DNA of 64,000 nucleotides from Verrucomicrobiota bacterium (GCA_047947115.1 CP170459.1:800001-864000), one strand, 5' to 3'; numbered from the stretch's first letter, positions 1-10,294 are shown. The notes: generated from the sequence alone by a model not told the origin. Made by a program: numbers and translations.

Positions 1-1203
1 GAAAACCTAGGGACCACCGAACAGGAACTCAGTCAAGTGAAAGGAGTGAACGTCCCGGTCATGCTGGAACAACCCAAGGGACAAAAGCGGACGACAGAAA
101 TTTTCCTCCGAGGAAACTGGTTGGATCGACTGCCGCATTTCGAAAAGGTTTTGGACAAAGTGTGCTTCCTGCGCACCATGACAACCGACCAATTCAACCA
201 CGCACCCGCCCAACTGCTCCTCCACACCGGCAGTCCCAATCTGGGATCCGCCAGCGCCGGAGCCTGGGCCACCTACGGCCTGGGTTCGGAAAATGAGAAC
301 CTGCCCGGTTACATCGTGTTGTTGAGCGGCGGCAAAGTACCGAGTGCGGGAAAATCCGTCTGGGGTTCGGGTTTTCTGCCCAGCGTTTACCAAGGCGTAC
401 AATGCCGCAGCGAAGGCGACCCTGTCCTCTACTTATCCAATCCAGCGGGGGTTGACCAAACACTTCGAGGCAAAGTGGTCGACGCCGTGGCGCGCATGAA
501 CCGAAAGACCTACGAATCCCTTGGAGATCCGGAAACCATCACCCGCATCGCCCAATACGAAATGGCTTTCCGCATGCAGACAAGCGCTACCGATGCATTC
601 AATATCCAACAAGAACCCGAACACGTTCACTCCCTCTACGGCACCGAACCCGGCAGAGAGAGTTTCGCCAACAACTGCCTGCTGGCGCGCCGACTTGTGG
701 AACGCGGAGTGCGTTATGTCCAACTCTTCGACTGGGGCTGGGATTCCCATGGCGCGGGTGAAAGCGAAGCTTTGAACGCGGGATTCAAAACCAAATGCCA
801 ACAAACCGACCGACCGCTCATGGCGCTCCTCACGGACCTGGAACAACGCGGTTTATTGAACGACACACTGGTCATCTGGGGCGGTGAATTCGGACGCACC
901 CCCATGCAGGAAAACCGTGGCGGCCGCAAAATGAAATTCGCCGGACGCGATCATCATCCCTCTGCCTTCACCATGTGGATGGCAGGCGGCGGCGTGAAAG
1001 GCGGATTCAGCTACGGAGAAACCGACGAAATCGGATTCCTCCCCGTGGTCAACCCCGTCCAGGTCCAGGACCTTCACCGAACCAAACTCCACCTCCTCGG
1101 CCTCGACCACGAACACCTCACCTACCCCTGGGCCGGCGGCCTCGACCAACGCCTGACAACGTTCACAAAAGAAGCAAGTCTGTTGAATGATATTCTGGCA
1201 TGA
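1..1203 (+). CDS. DUF1501 (sulfatase-like, PVC) protein, 5'-partial, apparently fused to a PSD1/DUF1553-type N-terminal segment
   Basis: Frame is open from base 1. DUF1501 motifs: MTTDQFNHAPAQ, WGSGFLPSVYQG, YEMAFRMQ, WDSH, WGGEFGRTP, GRDHHP. The first ~40 codons (PVMLEQ...RTTEIFLRGNWLD) resemble a different family. Confidence 0.8.
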   Translation, partial: ENLGTTEQELSQVKGVNVPVMLEQPKGQKRTTEIFLRGNWLDRLPHFEKVLDKVCFLRTMTTDQFNHAPAQLLLHTGSPNLGSASAGAWATYGLGSENENLPGYIVLLSGGKVPSAGKSVWGSGFLPSVYQGVQCRSEGDPVLYLSNPAGVDQTLRGKVVDAVARMNRKTYESLGDPETITRIAQYEMAFRMQTSATDAFNIQQEPEHVHSLYGTEPGRESFANNCLLARRLVERGVRYVQLFDWGWDSHGAGESEALNAGFKTKCQQTDRPLMALLTDLEQRGLLNDTLVIWGGEFGRTPMQENRGGRKMKFAGRDHHPSAFTMWMAGGGVKGGFSYGETDEIGFLPVVNPVQVQDLHRTKLHLLGLDHEHLTYPWAGGLDQRLTTFTKEASLLNDILA

Positions 1204-1213
1204 TCTATGACAG

Positions 1214-2263
1214 CTAAAACTCAACTTGCTCGTTCAAACGTTGAAACAGCTTATCCCAAATACCCGGAAAGGGAGCGCTTAACATGGTGCGGAGCATGAT
1301 TTCGTAAACGTCCGCCCGGACGACTTTGGCAGGTTGGGTGTTTGGCTGGGGTGGAGAGGTCATCATGCTGATGGTGCGGATCCCCAATAAGATCGGCCAG
1401 GAACAGGAAAGCCGGACACGAGTCCATGATGAGGGCAGCGCCATCGTGTAGCGCCACCCATCCGTCAGACAATCGATCGCCAGGTGCACATGATCCTTCC
1501 AGAGTTCCTTGAAGGCTTCGTTATGGGGATCGGGAGTTTCCGGGCGCCATCCGGTTGGCTCCCACATTTGCCGTGGCAGGTAGCAGCGTCCAATGGAAAG
1601 ATCTTTTTGAAAATCGCGCAGGATGTTCACCAGTTGAAGACCCTGGCCATACCGAATCCCCAGTCGTTCCATCTCCTCGGGTGATTCCCCGGTCCGACCC
1701 CGCAAATGAGTCAGACACATGCGTGTCCAAAACGCACCGACACTGCCGGCAACCCGGTAGGTATAATCATTCAAATCATCCGGTGTATCGAGACTGACAA
1801 TTTTGGAATCCTTGCTGGAATGAAAACGTTTGAGATCGAGCTTTTGACCGCTGATGATGATGTCCAGCACTTCCCGAATCAACACGCGATCCTCCTCAGT
1901 CGAATGACGCAGCACGTCAATTGCCTGGTGACAGACCCGCAAAAGTTCGGCCTCCGAATCATCAGCCTGCTTTTTGATAAAGGCATTCATGGACGGAGCC
2001 GAAGCATCCTGCGATTGTACCGCGTAACCGTAGGCATCCAGCAATGCCAGACGTTGATCCGCAGGGAGCAACTCGGTATCCGCAATGGTATCCGAAGCAC
2101 GCGCTAGCAAATAAGCCAATCCGATCTGATTCCGCACCGGTTTTGGCAGAACATTGAGTGTCAGATAAAACGACCGCGACACCCGCCGCAGCAAATCGGT
2201 CAACAACGTTTCTTTGGTATGTTCACGCATTGGGGTCATGGTATGTTCACGCATTGGGGTCAC
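1214..2263 (-). CDS. squalene/phytoene synthase family protein
   Basis: VSRSFYLTL, AYLLARASDTIAD, YTYRVAGSVG and GLQLVNILRD...D...GRCYLP motifs. Start is either GTG 2263 or ATG 2239 because of a 24-bp duplication. Confidence 0.88.
   Translation of the reverse strand: MTPMREHTMTPMREHTKETLLTDLLRRVSRSFYLTLNVLPKPVRNQIGLAYLLARASDTIADTELLPADQRLALLDAYGYAVQSQDASAPSMNAFIKKQADDSEAELLRVCHQAIDVLRHSTEEDRVLIREVLDIIISGQKLDLKRFHSSKDSKIVSLDTPDDLNDYTYRVAGSVGAFWTRMCLTHLRGRTGESPEEMERLGIRYGQGLQLVNILRDFQKDLSIGRCYLPRQMWEPTGWRPETPDPHNEAFKELWKDHVHLAIDCLTDGWRYTMALPSSWTRVRLSCSWPILLGIRTISMMTSPPQPNTQPAKVVRADVYEIMLRTMLSAPFPGIWDKLFQRLNEQVEF
2216..2263. repeat. 24-bp tandem duplication over the start of the squalene synthase gene
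   Basis: GGTATGTTCACGCATTGGGGTCA(T/C) twice, at 2216-2239 and 2240-2263; encodes MTPMREHT twice. Confidence 0.95.
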
Positions 2264-2401
2264 GTCTCAACATTCAACATTTACTCTTTTCCTGAACATG
2301 AGGTTTTTGAATTCATTCGATCAGACCATCGTTTGACTGCGTCCTGTTTAAAGGCAAACCAATCCTCTCAGTTTTACAAGCAAGGACGAGGGCACTACTC
2401 A

Positions 2402-3814
2402 TTAATCCTTCAATTCATTCTTCCAGAACTTGATCTGCTTTCGGACTTCTTTCACCCCCGGAGATCCTGTCATCTGCCGACGTTCCATCGCGCGTTTTAT
2501 GTTAAAAACTTCGAGCGCCTGCTTGGTTAAGCGTTTATCAATCTTCTTGAGATCAGATGCGCGCAGTTTATCGAGCGGACGATTCAAAGATTCGGAGACA
2601 CCCACAACGGCTCCTACCAGGTGATGGGCTTCACGAAACGCCACCCCCTGTTCCACCAACCAGTCCGCCAGATCAGTTGCCAGCAAGACCGGGTCGCTGG
2701 CGGCATCCATGCAGTTTTCATGACGCACGGTGATATGCCCGATCATGCCCGCCATGATGCGAAGGCAGGCTCGCAGCGTGTCAGCAGTGTCGAAGAGTCG
2801 TTCCTTGTCTTCCTGCAGGTCTCGGTTGTAGGTCATCGGCAAGCCTTTTATCAGTGTCAGCAAAGACATCAAGTTACCGATCACGCGTCCCGATTTACCA
2901 CGTGTCAATTCGGCCATGTCCGGATTCTTCTTCTGAGGCATCAGGGATGATCCGGTGGTGTATTCATCTGAGATGCGGATGAAATCAAATTCGGAACTCG
3001 ACCAAAGAATGAGATCTTCCGACAAACGCGAAAGGTGAACCGCGGTCAAAGCAGCTGCCGAGCAGAACTCGACAATGTAGTCCCGGTCGCTGACGGCATC
3101 CATGGAGTTGCGTGAAATCACAGGTTCGTCCTCCAGATTCACAAACCCTAGTTCCTCGGCCACCATTTTGCGATTCAGTTTCAAAGTAGATCCCGCCAAG
3201 GCTCCGCTTCCGAGGGGACATACGTTGACACGTTCAAAGGTGTCCCTGAAACGCCCCTTGTCGCGATCCAGCATTTCCACGTAAGCCAATAAATGATGCG
3301 CGAAGTAAACCGGTTGGGCGCGTTGCAGGTGTGTGTAACCCGGGATCAGGGTTTCCTTGTTGCGATCGCCCAGTTGAACCATCGCCAACTGCAAGGTGTG
3401 CAATTCCGCCATCACATCGACGATCTCTTCGCGCATCCACATCCGCATGTCGAGCGCGACCTGGTCATTGCGTGACCGAGCGGTATGGAGTTTGGCTCCG
3501 GCGGGAACGCGTTTGGTCAGCCCGGCTTCGATGTTCATGTGAACGTCTTCCAGCTCGGTCTTCCACTCGAAGTTGCCATCCTCGATTTCCTCACCGATTT
3601 TGCCGAGCCCTTCGAGAATCTCCTGCAACTCGGCGGCGGTCAGCACACCGATGGATTTCAGCATGCGGGCGTGGGCCATAGACCCGATGATGTCATGACG
3701 CCAGAGTCGCCAGTCGAATGAAACGGACTCTGAAAATTTCAGCACTTCTTCAGCAGGTCCTTTACTGAAACGACCACTGCGGCTGACTGTTTGGGATGGT
3801 TTGGGTGCACTCAT
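2402..3814 (-). CDS. argH: argininosuccinate lyase
   Basis: EDVHMNIE, HTARSRNDQV, PGYTHLQRAQP, GSSLMPQKKNPD signature, YNRDLQEDK. Confidence 0.97.
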   Translation of the reverse strand: MSAPKPSQTVSRSGRFSKGPAEEVLKFSESVSFDWRLWRHDIIGSMAHARMLKSIGVLTAAELQEILEGLGKIGEEIEDGNFEWKTELEDVHMNIEAGLTKRVPAGAKLHTARSRNDQVALDMRMWMREEIVDVMAELHTLQLAMVQLGDRNKETLIPGYTHLQRAQPVYFAHHLLAYVEMLDRDKGRFRDTFERVNVCPLGSGALAGSTLKLNRKMVAEELGFVNLEDEPVISRNSMDAVSDRDYIVEFCSAAALTAVHLSRLSEDLILWSSSEFDFIRISDEYTTGSSLMPQKKNPDMAELTRGKSGRVIGNLMSLLTLIKGLPMTYNRDLQEDKERLFDTADTLRACLRIMAGMIGHITVRHENCMDAASDPVLLATDLADWLVEQGVAFREAHHLVGAVVGVSESLNRPLDKLRASDLKKIDKRLTKQALEVFNIKRAMERRQMTGSPGVKEVRKQIKFWKNELKD

Positions 3815-3815
3815 A

Positions 3816-5303
3816 TCAGGCTCCTACGTTTTTCTTGATGTCCTTGAGTTGGGTAAATTCGGGTTTCTCTTTGTAATACTCGTCCAGCGGATAACAGCCG
3901 CTGATCAATCCGTTGCGTGGAGCCGTCGTGCAATCACTGAACGTTCGGCAAATGGCTCTTGGCGTCAGCGAGCCCTTGGTGGTGGCATCGGCCAGGATGT
4001 CAGGATAACTCAGAGTCATACGACCCAAGCCAACCATATCGGTCCATCCTTCGCGCACATTGTGCTGTGCCACGTGCGGCAGGTATTCCTGCAGGTAACT
4101 GTAAGCCGTGCCGACAACGGCGAGGGACGAAGGTGTCTTGGCTTTGATTTGTCGCACGACCTGGATTTGTCGCTCGACATCGATCAAGGGATCATGCGCA
4201 GGCTGATACCCATCCGAGGGCGGGTAAGCTGCCGGGCGCTGCATGTGCGGGTTGTAATAAGGTGAACCGGCGCTGACATTCAGGATCTTCACCCCAAGCG
4301 ATACGCACAAGTCGACGAATTGAAAGGTCTCCGTCAAATCGTACTCCAGAGGATTATCCGGATTGATACCAAAGCCATACCGATAAGGCAGACAATGATC
4401 GTAAGGTTCCGGTATACCCGGGCCGAGTTTTCCCGGAACGGAAAGCTCTGGATCAGGCCGGAAAGGAACGAAGTCGAAAGCGCTCAAACGAACACCGATG
4501 TCAATGTTGTTACCGGAAGCGCGAATACCTTCGACGATCTCGCGGAGGATGCACGTACGATTTTCAAAGGAACCCCCGTAGTTGCCCGGCCGGGTGTGCG
4601 CTCCAAGAAATTCGTGCAAGAGGTATCCGTGACAATGTTTGATGTCCACAAAATCCGCTCCGGCATCACGGGCGACTGCCGCAGCTTCGACATATTTCGC
4701 GATCAATGCCCGCACATCGTCATCGGACAATATCTGATCATCGGAGGTGACATGGAATTTTTTATCGAGAATCGGGTGGCGATAAGCGATGCGTGATTCC
4801 CAGCGTGCTTTTTCATTTGGACGACAAAAGCGTCCCGAATGGGTCAATTGAAAACCGATCACCAAATCATCCGTTCTGCCATAATGCTCTTCGTGTGCCT
4901 GGGTCAGTGTGTTCACCAGAGAGCCTAGACTTTTCTCGCGTCCTTTCTGAATGATGAGTTGGTTTGGATTTGCCCGTCCATCGGGTCTCACCGCCATGGC
5001 TTCTCCACCATAAATCAGTTTGGCGCCACTGACTCCAAACCGGTGCCAACGCCGCACGACTTCTTCGGTCGGTTCACCATCGGTCGTGGCATCCCAACCT
5101 TCCATGGGATGGATCGCCCAGCGATTGCCGATGCTTTTTCCGTTGATGATGACACCCGATACGGGCTGTGTCAGCGGGGACTGATCACCCGTTGCCAGAT
5201 CATCGTCACAACGCAGGTCCAGACCAAGTAACTGCACGTGCTCCCGAAAAGCTGCAGGTGTTTTCAGTGTCGGGATACGAGTTAATTTAAAAGGTTCCGT
5301 CAT
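3816..5303 (-). CDS. NADH:flavin oxidoreductase (Old Yellow Enzyme-like TIM barrel)
   Basis: NRWAIHPMEGWD, QLTHSGR, GADFVDIKHCHGYLLHEFL, YGGSFENR; C-terminal CRTFSDC...GC. Confidence 0.9.
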   Translation of the reverse strand: MTEPFKLTRIPTLKTPAAFREHVQLLGLDLRCDDDLATGDQSPLTQPVSGVIINGKSIGNRWAIHPMEGWDATTDGEPTEEVVRRWHRFGVSGAKLIYGGEAMAVRPDGRANPNQLIIQKGREKSLGSLVNTLTQAHEEHYGRTDDLVIGFQLTHSGRFCRPNEKARWESRIAYRHPILDKKFHVTSDDQILSDDDVRALIAKYVEAAAVARDAGADFVDIKHCHGYLLHEFLGAHTRPGNYGGSFENRTCILREIVEGIRASGNNIDIGVRLSAFDFVPFRPDPELSVPGKLGPGIPEPYDHCLPYRYGFGINPDNPLEYDLTETFQFVDLCVSLGVKILNVSAGSPYYNPHMQRPAAYPPSDGYQPAHDPLIDVERQIQVVRQIKAKTPSSLAVVGTAYSYLQEYLPHVAQHNVREGWTDMVGLGRMTLSYPDILADATTKGSLTPRAICRTFSDCTTAPRNGLISGCYPLDEYYKEKPEFTQLKDIKKNVGA

Positions 5304-5354
5304 GATTCAAACTATCTGTCAAAATGGAAAACTGTTGAAGAGACCCATACCTTT

Positions 5355-6743
5355 TCAATCCAGGCAGCCGAAAAATGTCAGGTATGGCTGTTTCTTGGCG
5401 AGACGATAGACCAGCAAGGCCAGCTCGCGCATGTGGTAATCCCCCCACATGGAACTCTCCCCACAAGGAATTTTCTTGCCGCGCGGGATGTGATCCCAGT
5501 TGTTGGGCCGGTGGTAAATCGAATGCAGCAACAGACCTTGATGTTTGTCGTTTGTGGAAAGATAAGGCTCTTCGAGCAAAGAAGCGGTGACGGTCAATCC
5601 AGCCTGGACATATTGTTCTGCCGCCTGCTTTTTGCCTTTGGATTTCAAATAATTCCCCAGACGAATCAGGCCCTGAGCCGCAATGGCGGCAGCCGAACTA
5701 TCCACCGGTTCCCAGTCGTTGTATGGGTCCGAGGGGTGGTCCAGATAATCACCGAGCCGATGAAGATTAGGTGCGCCGGTATCCCACATCGGAATGCCGT
5801 CGGTGCAGGTGTTTTCCAGGTAAAAATCCGAAGTTGCCTCCGCAGCTTTAAGCATCATGGCCTCGATCTGCTTGCGTCCACCCAGTGGTTGGAGTTCTTT
5901 GTCGGAGACGGTCTTGAGGAACTCCAATTGTTCGGCATAACCGCAAATCGCCCAGGCCAGCCCGCGTGTCCAAGTACTGAACGGCGCATAACCCTGCTGG
6001 GAATTCGGGCATCGATAGTTGCCGTCCTTCACGTTGAAAACACTTTCATGCGCCGTGCGACCTCGCACATCGTAGGCATCGCGTCCTTCTCCGTAGTAGA
6101 CACCATAGTCTGCCGTGCTCTGAGCGTGCTCGACGAGGCGCTTCAAAAGCGAAATCGGTTTGTCGTTCTCAGCCATCAAGACATGTCCCAATCGATGCGC
6201 CACACCAAGAGCCCGCATCGATCGGATCGTGTCGATGAACAGGGAATGGGGTCCATTAAAAGAATGCACGAACCCCCCGCCATTGGCAATGGTCGTCCAG
6301 CGCGATGCCTGCACAGCACCGGAAACTTTCAAGGCCAGTTCGTAGAAGTTCTGCTCAAATTCGTTTTGCGGAATGCGTTTTTCACGCATCAATCGCAGCA
6401 GATTTCCATAGGTGGAAACGTTGTTGAATCCATGATCGTGAACCCCTATGTGCGAAACATGAGTGGCCATGCGCTGAACGGTCTGATCGCGCCCGATCTT
6501 TAAAAATGGTTTCTGGTTCGTCGCATCATACTGCAGCACAGCGGCGCCATACTGGAACCCTTGGGTCCATTCGGTCCAACCGCGCGTCGCATACTTGCCA
6601 CGAACGGTAAACACGGGAGTTCCCTGCGAGGGTTTCCAGTTTTTCTCGATGCTCAGGATCTTCTTACCTGAAAGATCCCACATACGCTCCACCGCCGGAA
6701 CCAGCTTGGTCGGCGTCAATTTCGAATCAATTTTAATGGCCAT
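5355..6743 (-). CDS. glycoside hydrolase family 88-like (unsaturated glucuronyl hydrolase-type)
   Basis: WTEWTQGF, HDHGF, STWTRGLAW, DSSAAAIAA and WGDYH motifs. Confidence 0.85.
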   Translation of the reverse strand: MAIKIDSKLTPTKLVPAVERMWDLSGKKILSIEKNWKPSQGTPVFTVRGKYATRGWTEWTQGFQYGAAVLQYDATNQKPFLKIGRDQTVQRMATHVSHIGVHDHGFNNVSTYGNLLRLMREKRIPQNEFEQNFYELALKVSGAVQASRWTTIANGGGFVHSFNGPHSLFIDTIRSMRALGVAHRLGHVLMAENDKPISLLKRLVEHAQSTADYGVYYGEGRDAYDVRGRTAHESVFNVKDGNYRCPNSQQGYAPFSTWTRGLAWAICGYAEQLEFLKTVSDKELQPLGGRKQIEAMMLKAAEATSDFYLENTCTDGIPMWDTGAPNLHRLGDYLDHPSDPYNDWEPVDSSAAAIAAQGLIRLGNYLKSKGKKQAAEQYVQAGLTVTASLLEEPYLSTNDKHQGLLLHSIYHRPNNWDHIPRGKKIPCGESSMWGDYHMRELALLVYRLAKKQPYLTFFGCLD

Positions 6744-7050
6744 GTCTTAATCTCTGAAACTCAAGATATGCCGCAGGCGATTCCGACGGAACAAAGACAA
6801 CCATCGAATGAAGCACCCCGGCAACCAGGACACGTTACAAAGAAACCATTGGAGCGTCACCTACGTTTTTAAGGAGGGGTCACTGGAATTGAATCTTAGT
6901 AACTCACAATAAAAAAGCTGCTTCCTTGACGAATCTCAATTCCAATCCTCGAGTTTCCTTTGATGGTTAACCTATTACACGCATACGAAGAATCTGGACA
7001 ACCATAAAAATAATAGGTCTGTCCCTTTAATAGAGCCAAAAGATGCCATG

Positions 7051-7086
7051 TTGACAGTTTGCTGGTTTTCTGGTTTTATTGCTAAT
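7051..7086 (+). promoter_or_regulatory. putative sigma70 promoter/operator of the vapBC-like operon
   Basis: TTGACA at 7051-7056, then tandem CTGGTTTT twice (7062-7077), directly before the GTG start at 7087. Confidence 0.5.
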
Positions 7087-7368
7087 GTGAAAACTACGAT
7101 AGATTTGCCGGCCGAACTGGTTAGGGAAATGAAGATCCGAGCGGCCAGTGAAGGTAGAAAGTTAAAAGATGTTGCGGCGGAGATCATGCGGCTAGGACTT
7201 GAACAACCCCGAACTCCTGACTATTCAAAAGTACAGCATCGCGTTCGCTTTCCAATCATTGAATGTTCACCTCCAGTTGCGCCTGCCAAGGATTTAACAC
7301 CTGACGAACTCAACGAGATCTTATTACAACAGGAAGCTGAATGGCACCATGACACTACCAGACATTAA
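7087..7368 (+). CDS. vapB: VapB-type ribbon-helix-helix antitoxin
   Basis: (M)KTTIDLPAELVREMKIRAASEGRKLKDV RHH-like N-terminus; overlaps the PIN gene. Confidence 0.8.
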   Translation: MKTTIDLPAELVREMKIRAASEGRKLKDVAAEIMRLGLEQPRTPDYSKVQHRVRFPIIECSPPVAPAKDLTPDELNEILLQQEAEWHHDTTRH

Positions 7369-7789
7369 CGTATGGTTGGCCTTGGCGGTGTCAGGTCACA
7401 CACATCATCAAACAGCTCGATCCTGGTTTGAGAGCCAGACCAAACCAAAATCCATTCATTTTTGTCGCACCACTCAGTTGGGATTGTTGAAATTATTGAC
7501 GACAAAGTCAGTGATCGCCCCATACAACCTGCCTCCACTCAGGAATATCGAGGCATTTCAAGTCCTGGATGCATTCCTGGAAGATGAATGCGTTACGTTT
7601 GCTTCTGAACCTAAGGATGTCATGGCAACTTGGCGCATGTTTTCCGAACAACGAACCACATCCCCTAAACTCTGGATGGATGCCTGGTTGGCCGCCTTCG
7701 CGACGTGCGCAGATTTTCAACTGGTTACGCTGGATAAAGGTTTCTCTCAATTCTCCGGATTGAATTTTCTCCTTTTGGAGAGTACCTAG
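7349..7789 (+). CDS. vapC: VapC PIN-domain ribonuclease toxin
   Basis: LPDINVWLAL...HHQTARSW, WMDAWLAAFA, LVTLDKGF PIN acidic residues. Confidence 0.9.
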   Translation: MTLPDINVWLALAVSGHTHHQTARSWFESQTKPKSIHFCRTTQLGLLKLLTTKSVIAPYNLPPLRNIEAFQVLDAFLEDECVTFASEPKDVMATWRMFSEQRTTSPKLWMDAWLAAFATCADFQLVTLDKGFSQFSGLNFLLLEST

Positions 7790-7804
7790 GCCTATAATCA
7801 TCAC

Positions 7805-8959
7805 ATGATCGGTCCAGCACAACACATAGCTTCTTCGTGTTTCCAAAACACGATCCTTGGCCTTTTCTTAATGCCATTCGTGTGGCTCACACCGATTTCC
7901 ATTGCAGACGAAACAGCACACTCCACCACCACCTTTCCCGGCAAGACTTGGGAGGAGCGATCTACCGCAGAAGTTGGATTGCAGGAATCATTTCTAGTGA
8001 AGATTCAGGAATACCTCAAAGGGCGTGGCATGATTGTCAAAGATGGCTTTCGCGTCTTCAGTTGGGGCGATGTGAGTAAAGCGGGAGACGTCGCTTCAGC
8101 CGCCAAACCCGTCTATACCCACTTTCTTGCTTATGCCGTGGAAACCGGCAGCTTGGGTTCGTTCGATCAGAAAGTTGAAGACATCCGCCCGGAACTGGGC
8201 TCTATCAATACCAATCTGAATGACAAAGACCGCCAAATGACCTTCACACATCTCGCCAACCAGACGGCCTGCTATGGCGTGAGCGAAGCGCCGGGATCTG
8301 CCTTTGATTACAATGATTTTCAGATGGCCTTATTTTGGGACAGTTTGTTTGAGGGAGTTTACGGAGTGGAGAAAAGCAAGGTCGACGAAGAGGTCTTTCA
8401 CCCCTTGCTAACGAACCCGCTTCAATTTGAAGATCCGGTCAGCATGCTGGCGTTTGGAGCAAAGGACCGGGCAGGTCGCCTTAAAATTTCGCCACGCGAT
8501 TTTTGTCGTTTCGGATGGCTATACCTGAATGAAGGGCGTTGGGGAAACAAGCAGATCCTCCAACCCGAACATGTTCGTATGATCACCCAATCGCCACTTC
8601 CGGTTTCCCTTCCGCGCACGAAAGGGATGGAAGCAGACATGCTGCCCGATCAACGGAGCATCGGCTCGCGCAACATCCCCGATAACCAAACGGATCATTA
8701 CGGTTCCTACAGTTGGCTGTGGTGGATCAATGGGAAACGCTCAAGCGGGCAACGATTCTGGCCGGATGCTCCTGTGGGCGCATTCGCCTGCCTGGGACAT
8801 CAACACGGCAAACGCGGCATGGTGGTGATTCCGGAATGGAACATGGTGATGAGTTGGAATGACACGGATCTGGACAATAAATCCTGGTCGGATTCTCAGG
8901 TTGATCCGCATCCTTTGAACCCTGTGTTCAAATGGATAAGCGAAGCATTAAAAAGGTAG
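7805..8959 (+). CDS. serine hydrolase (beta-lactamase family), probably exported
   Basis: SAAK (SxxK), PGSAFDYND, ISPRDFCRFGWLYLNEGRW, YSWLWW. Confidence 0.85.
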   Translation: MIGPAQHIASSCFQNTILGLFLMPFVWLTPISIADETAHSTTTFPGKTWEERSTAEVGLQESFLVKIQEYLKGRGMIVKDGFRVFSWGDVSKAGDVASAAKPVYTHFLAYAVETGSLGSFDQKVEDIRPELGSINTNLNDKDRQMTFTHLANQTACYGVSEAPGSAFDYNDFQMALFWDSLFEGVYGVEKSKVDEEVFHPLLTNPLQFEDPVSMLAFGAKDRAGRLKISPRDFCRFGWLYLNEGRWGNKQILQPEHVRMITQSPLPVSLPRTKGMEADMLPDQRSIGSRNIPDNQTDHYGSYSWLWWINGKRSSGQRFWPDAPVGAFACLGHQHGKRGMVVIPEWNMVMSWNDTDLDNKSWSDSQVDPHPLNPVFKWISEALKR

Positions 8960-9197
8960 CGACGGGTCGTCCCCGGCCCGTCCCTTGTGGCATCCAATTT
9001 TAGGTTGATTCAAGTTTGGGGAGCCACAAAGTATTCAATTTCCCGCACCACAATCAGGATCAGTCTGTCTCACATTTACGTTAAAAGCTACTCCGACTAA
9101 AATGGTGGGGTTGGGAATACCATAGGCTTCCCAATCGAACGGTATATGAAAAGATGATAGCCATAAGGGACGGGCCGGGGACGACCCGTCGCTACCT
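8954..9197. repeat. REPIN/MITE-like element family B, copy 1 (reverse orientation)
   Basis: 39-bp terminal inverted repeat with 1 mismatch (8953-8991 vs 9160-9198, AAGGTAGCGACGGGTCGTCCCCGGCCCGTCCCTTGTGGC). Internal TTGGGAAGCCTATG box on the minus strand. Confidence 0.85.
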
Positions 9198-9214
9198 TAT
9201 TGGGCCGTTCCGAT

Positions 9215-10294
9215 CTATCCTTCCTTTTCCACCTTCAAACGCAACTGGCCGCAGGCGGCATCGATATCATGGCCTTTTTCCCGGCGAAGGGTTGCTTTGA
9301 CGCCGCGCTGGATGAGACCTTCCAAAAAGCTCTCTTGAACGTCCTCCGCAGGGCGTTTCCAGGAAAGGCCATCCACCGAGTTATAAGGAATCAGGTTGAC
9401 CTTCGAATGCATCTTCTGGGCCCAGTCCGCCAGCGGCGCGACCTGATCCATACCATCGTTCACCCCTGCGATCAGGATGTATTCGAAGGTGATCATCTTC
9501 CCTTTTTCGCGTATGTAAGTCTGACAAGCATCCATGAGCACCTGAATGGGATATTTCCGATTCACCGGCATGATCTGAGAACGCACTTCATCCGTAGCGC
9601 CATGCAACGAAATGGCCAGACGAAATTGGTAGGGCTCCTTTGCCAACAATTCAATCTGAGGGGCCAGACCACTTGTGGAAATGGTGATCTTGCGGGCACC
9701 TATGTTGCACCCCCAAGGCGCGTTCACAATCGAAAGCGCCTTCATGAGATGATCGTAATTGGCCATCGGCTCCCCCATCCCCATGATGACGAGATTGTTC
9801 ACTTTGCGATCCTGGTCCTTGCCCAGTTTGGATCGAAAATAATGTTCCACCCAGAGTAATTGTCCGACAATTTCCTCGGGCAATAAATTGCGTTTCCATC
9901 CATCCAAACCGCTGGCGCAGAATTTGCATCCGTACGCACATCCTACTTGTGTCGAAACACACAAAGTATGACGATCGCTGGCTTCTCCGTAAAGCGCGGG
10001 GTTGGCGGGAATCAAAACGCTTTCAACCATGGCCCCGTCCTCAAGACGCCAGAGAAATTTCTGGGTGGTGTCATCGCTCCCCTGTTTTCGAACACACTCA
10101 GGCAAAGCGCTTCGGAAATCCTGACTCAACTTCTCTCTGAGCTTTTTTGGCAGATTAGACATCTCATCGATGTCCCCCACTCGTTTGCGATAGATCCAGT
10201 CCAGAATCTGCCCACCACGGTATGCAGGTTCTCCCCACTCTTTGAGGTGATCTTGGAGGATTTCGGGGGTGAGAGATTGGAGGCAGACAGACAT
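9215..10294 (-). CDS. rlmN: 23S rRNA (adenine2503-C2)/tRNA methyltransferase, radical SAM
   Basis: CVSTQVGCAYGCKFCASG, MGMGEP, ISTSG, AISLH, VNLIPYN, DIDAACGQL. Confidence 0.96.
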   Translation of the reverse strand: MSVCLQSLTPEILQDHLKEWGEPAYRGGQILDWIYRKRVGDIDEMSNLPKKLREKLSQDFRSALPECVRKQGSDDTTQKFLWRLEDGAMVESVLIPANPALYGEASDRHTLCVSTQVGCAYGCKFCASGLDGWKRNLLPEEIVGQLLWVEHYFRSKLGKDQDRKVNNLVIMGMGEPMANYDHLMKALSIVNAPWGCNIGARKITISTSGLAPQIELLAKEPYQFRLAISLHGATDEVRSQIMPVNRKYPIQVLMDACQTYIREKGKMITFEYILIAGVNDGMDQVAPLADWAQKMHSKVNLIPYNSVDGLSWKRPAEDVQESFLEGLIQRGVKATLRREKGHDIDAACGQLRLKVEKEG

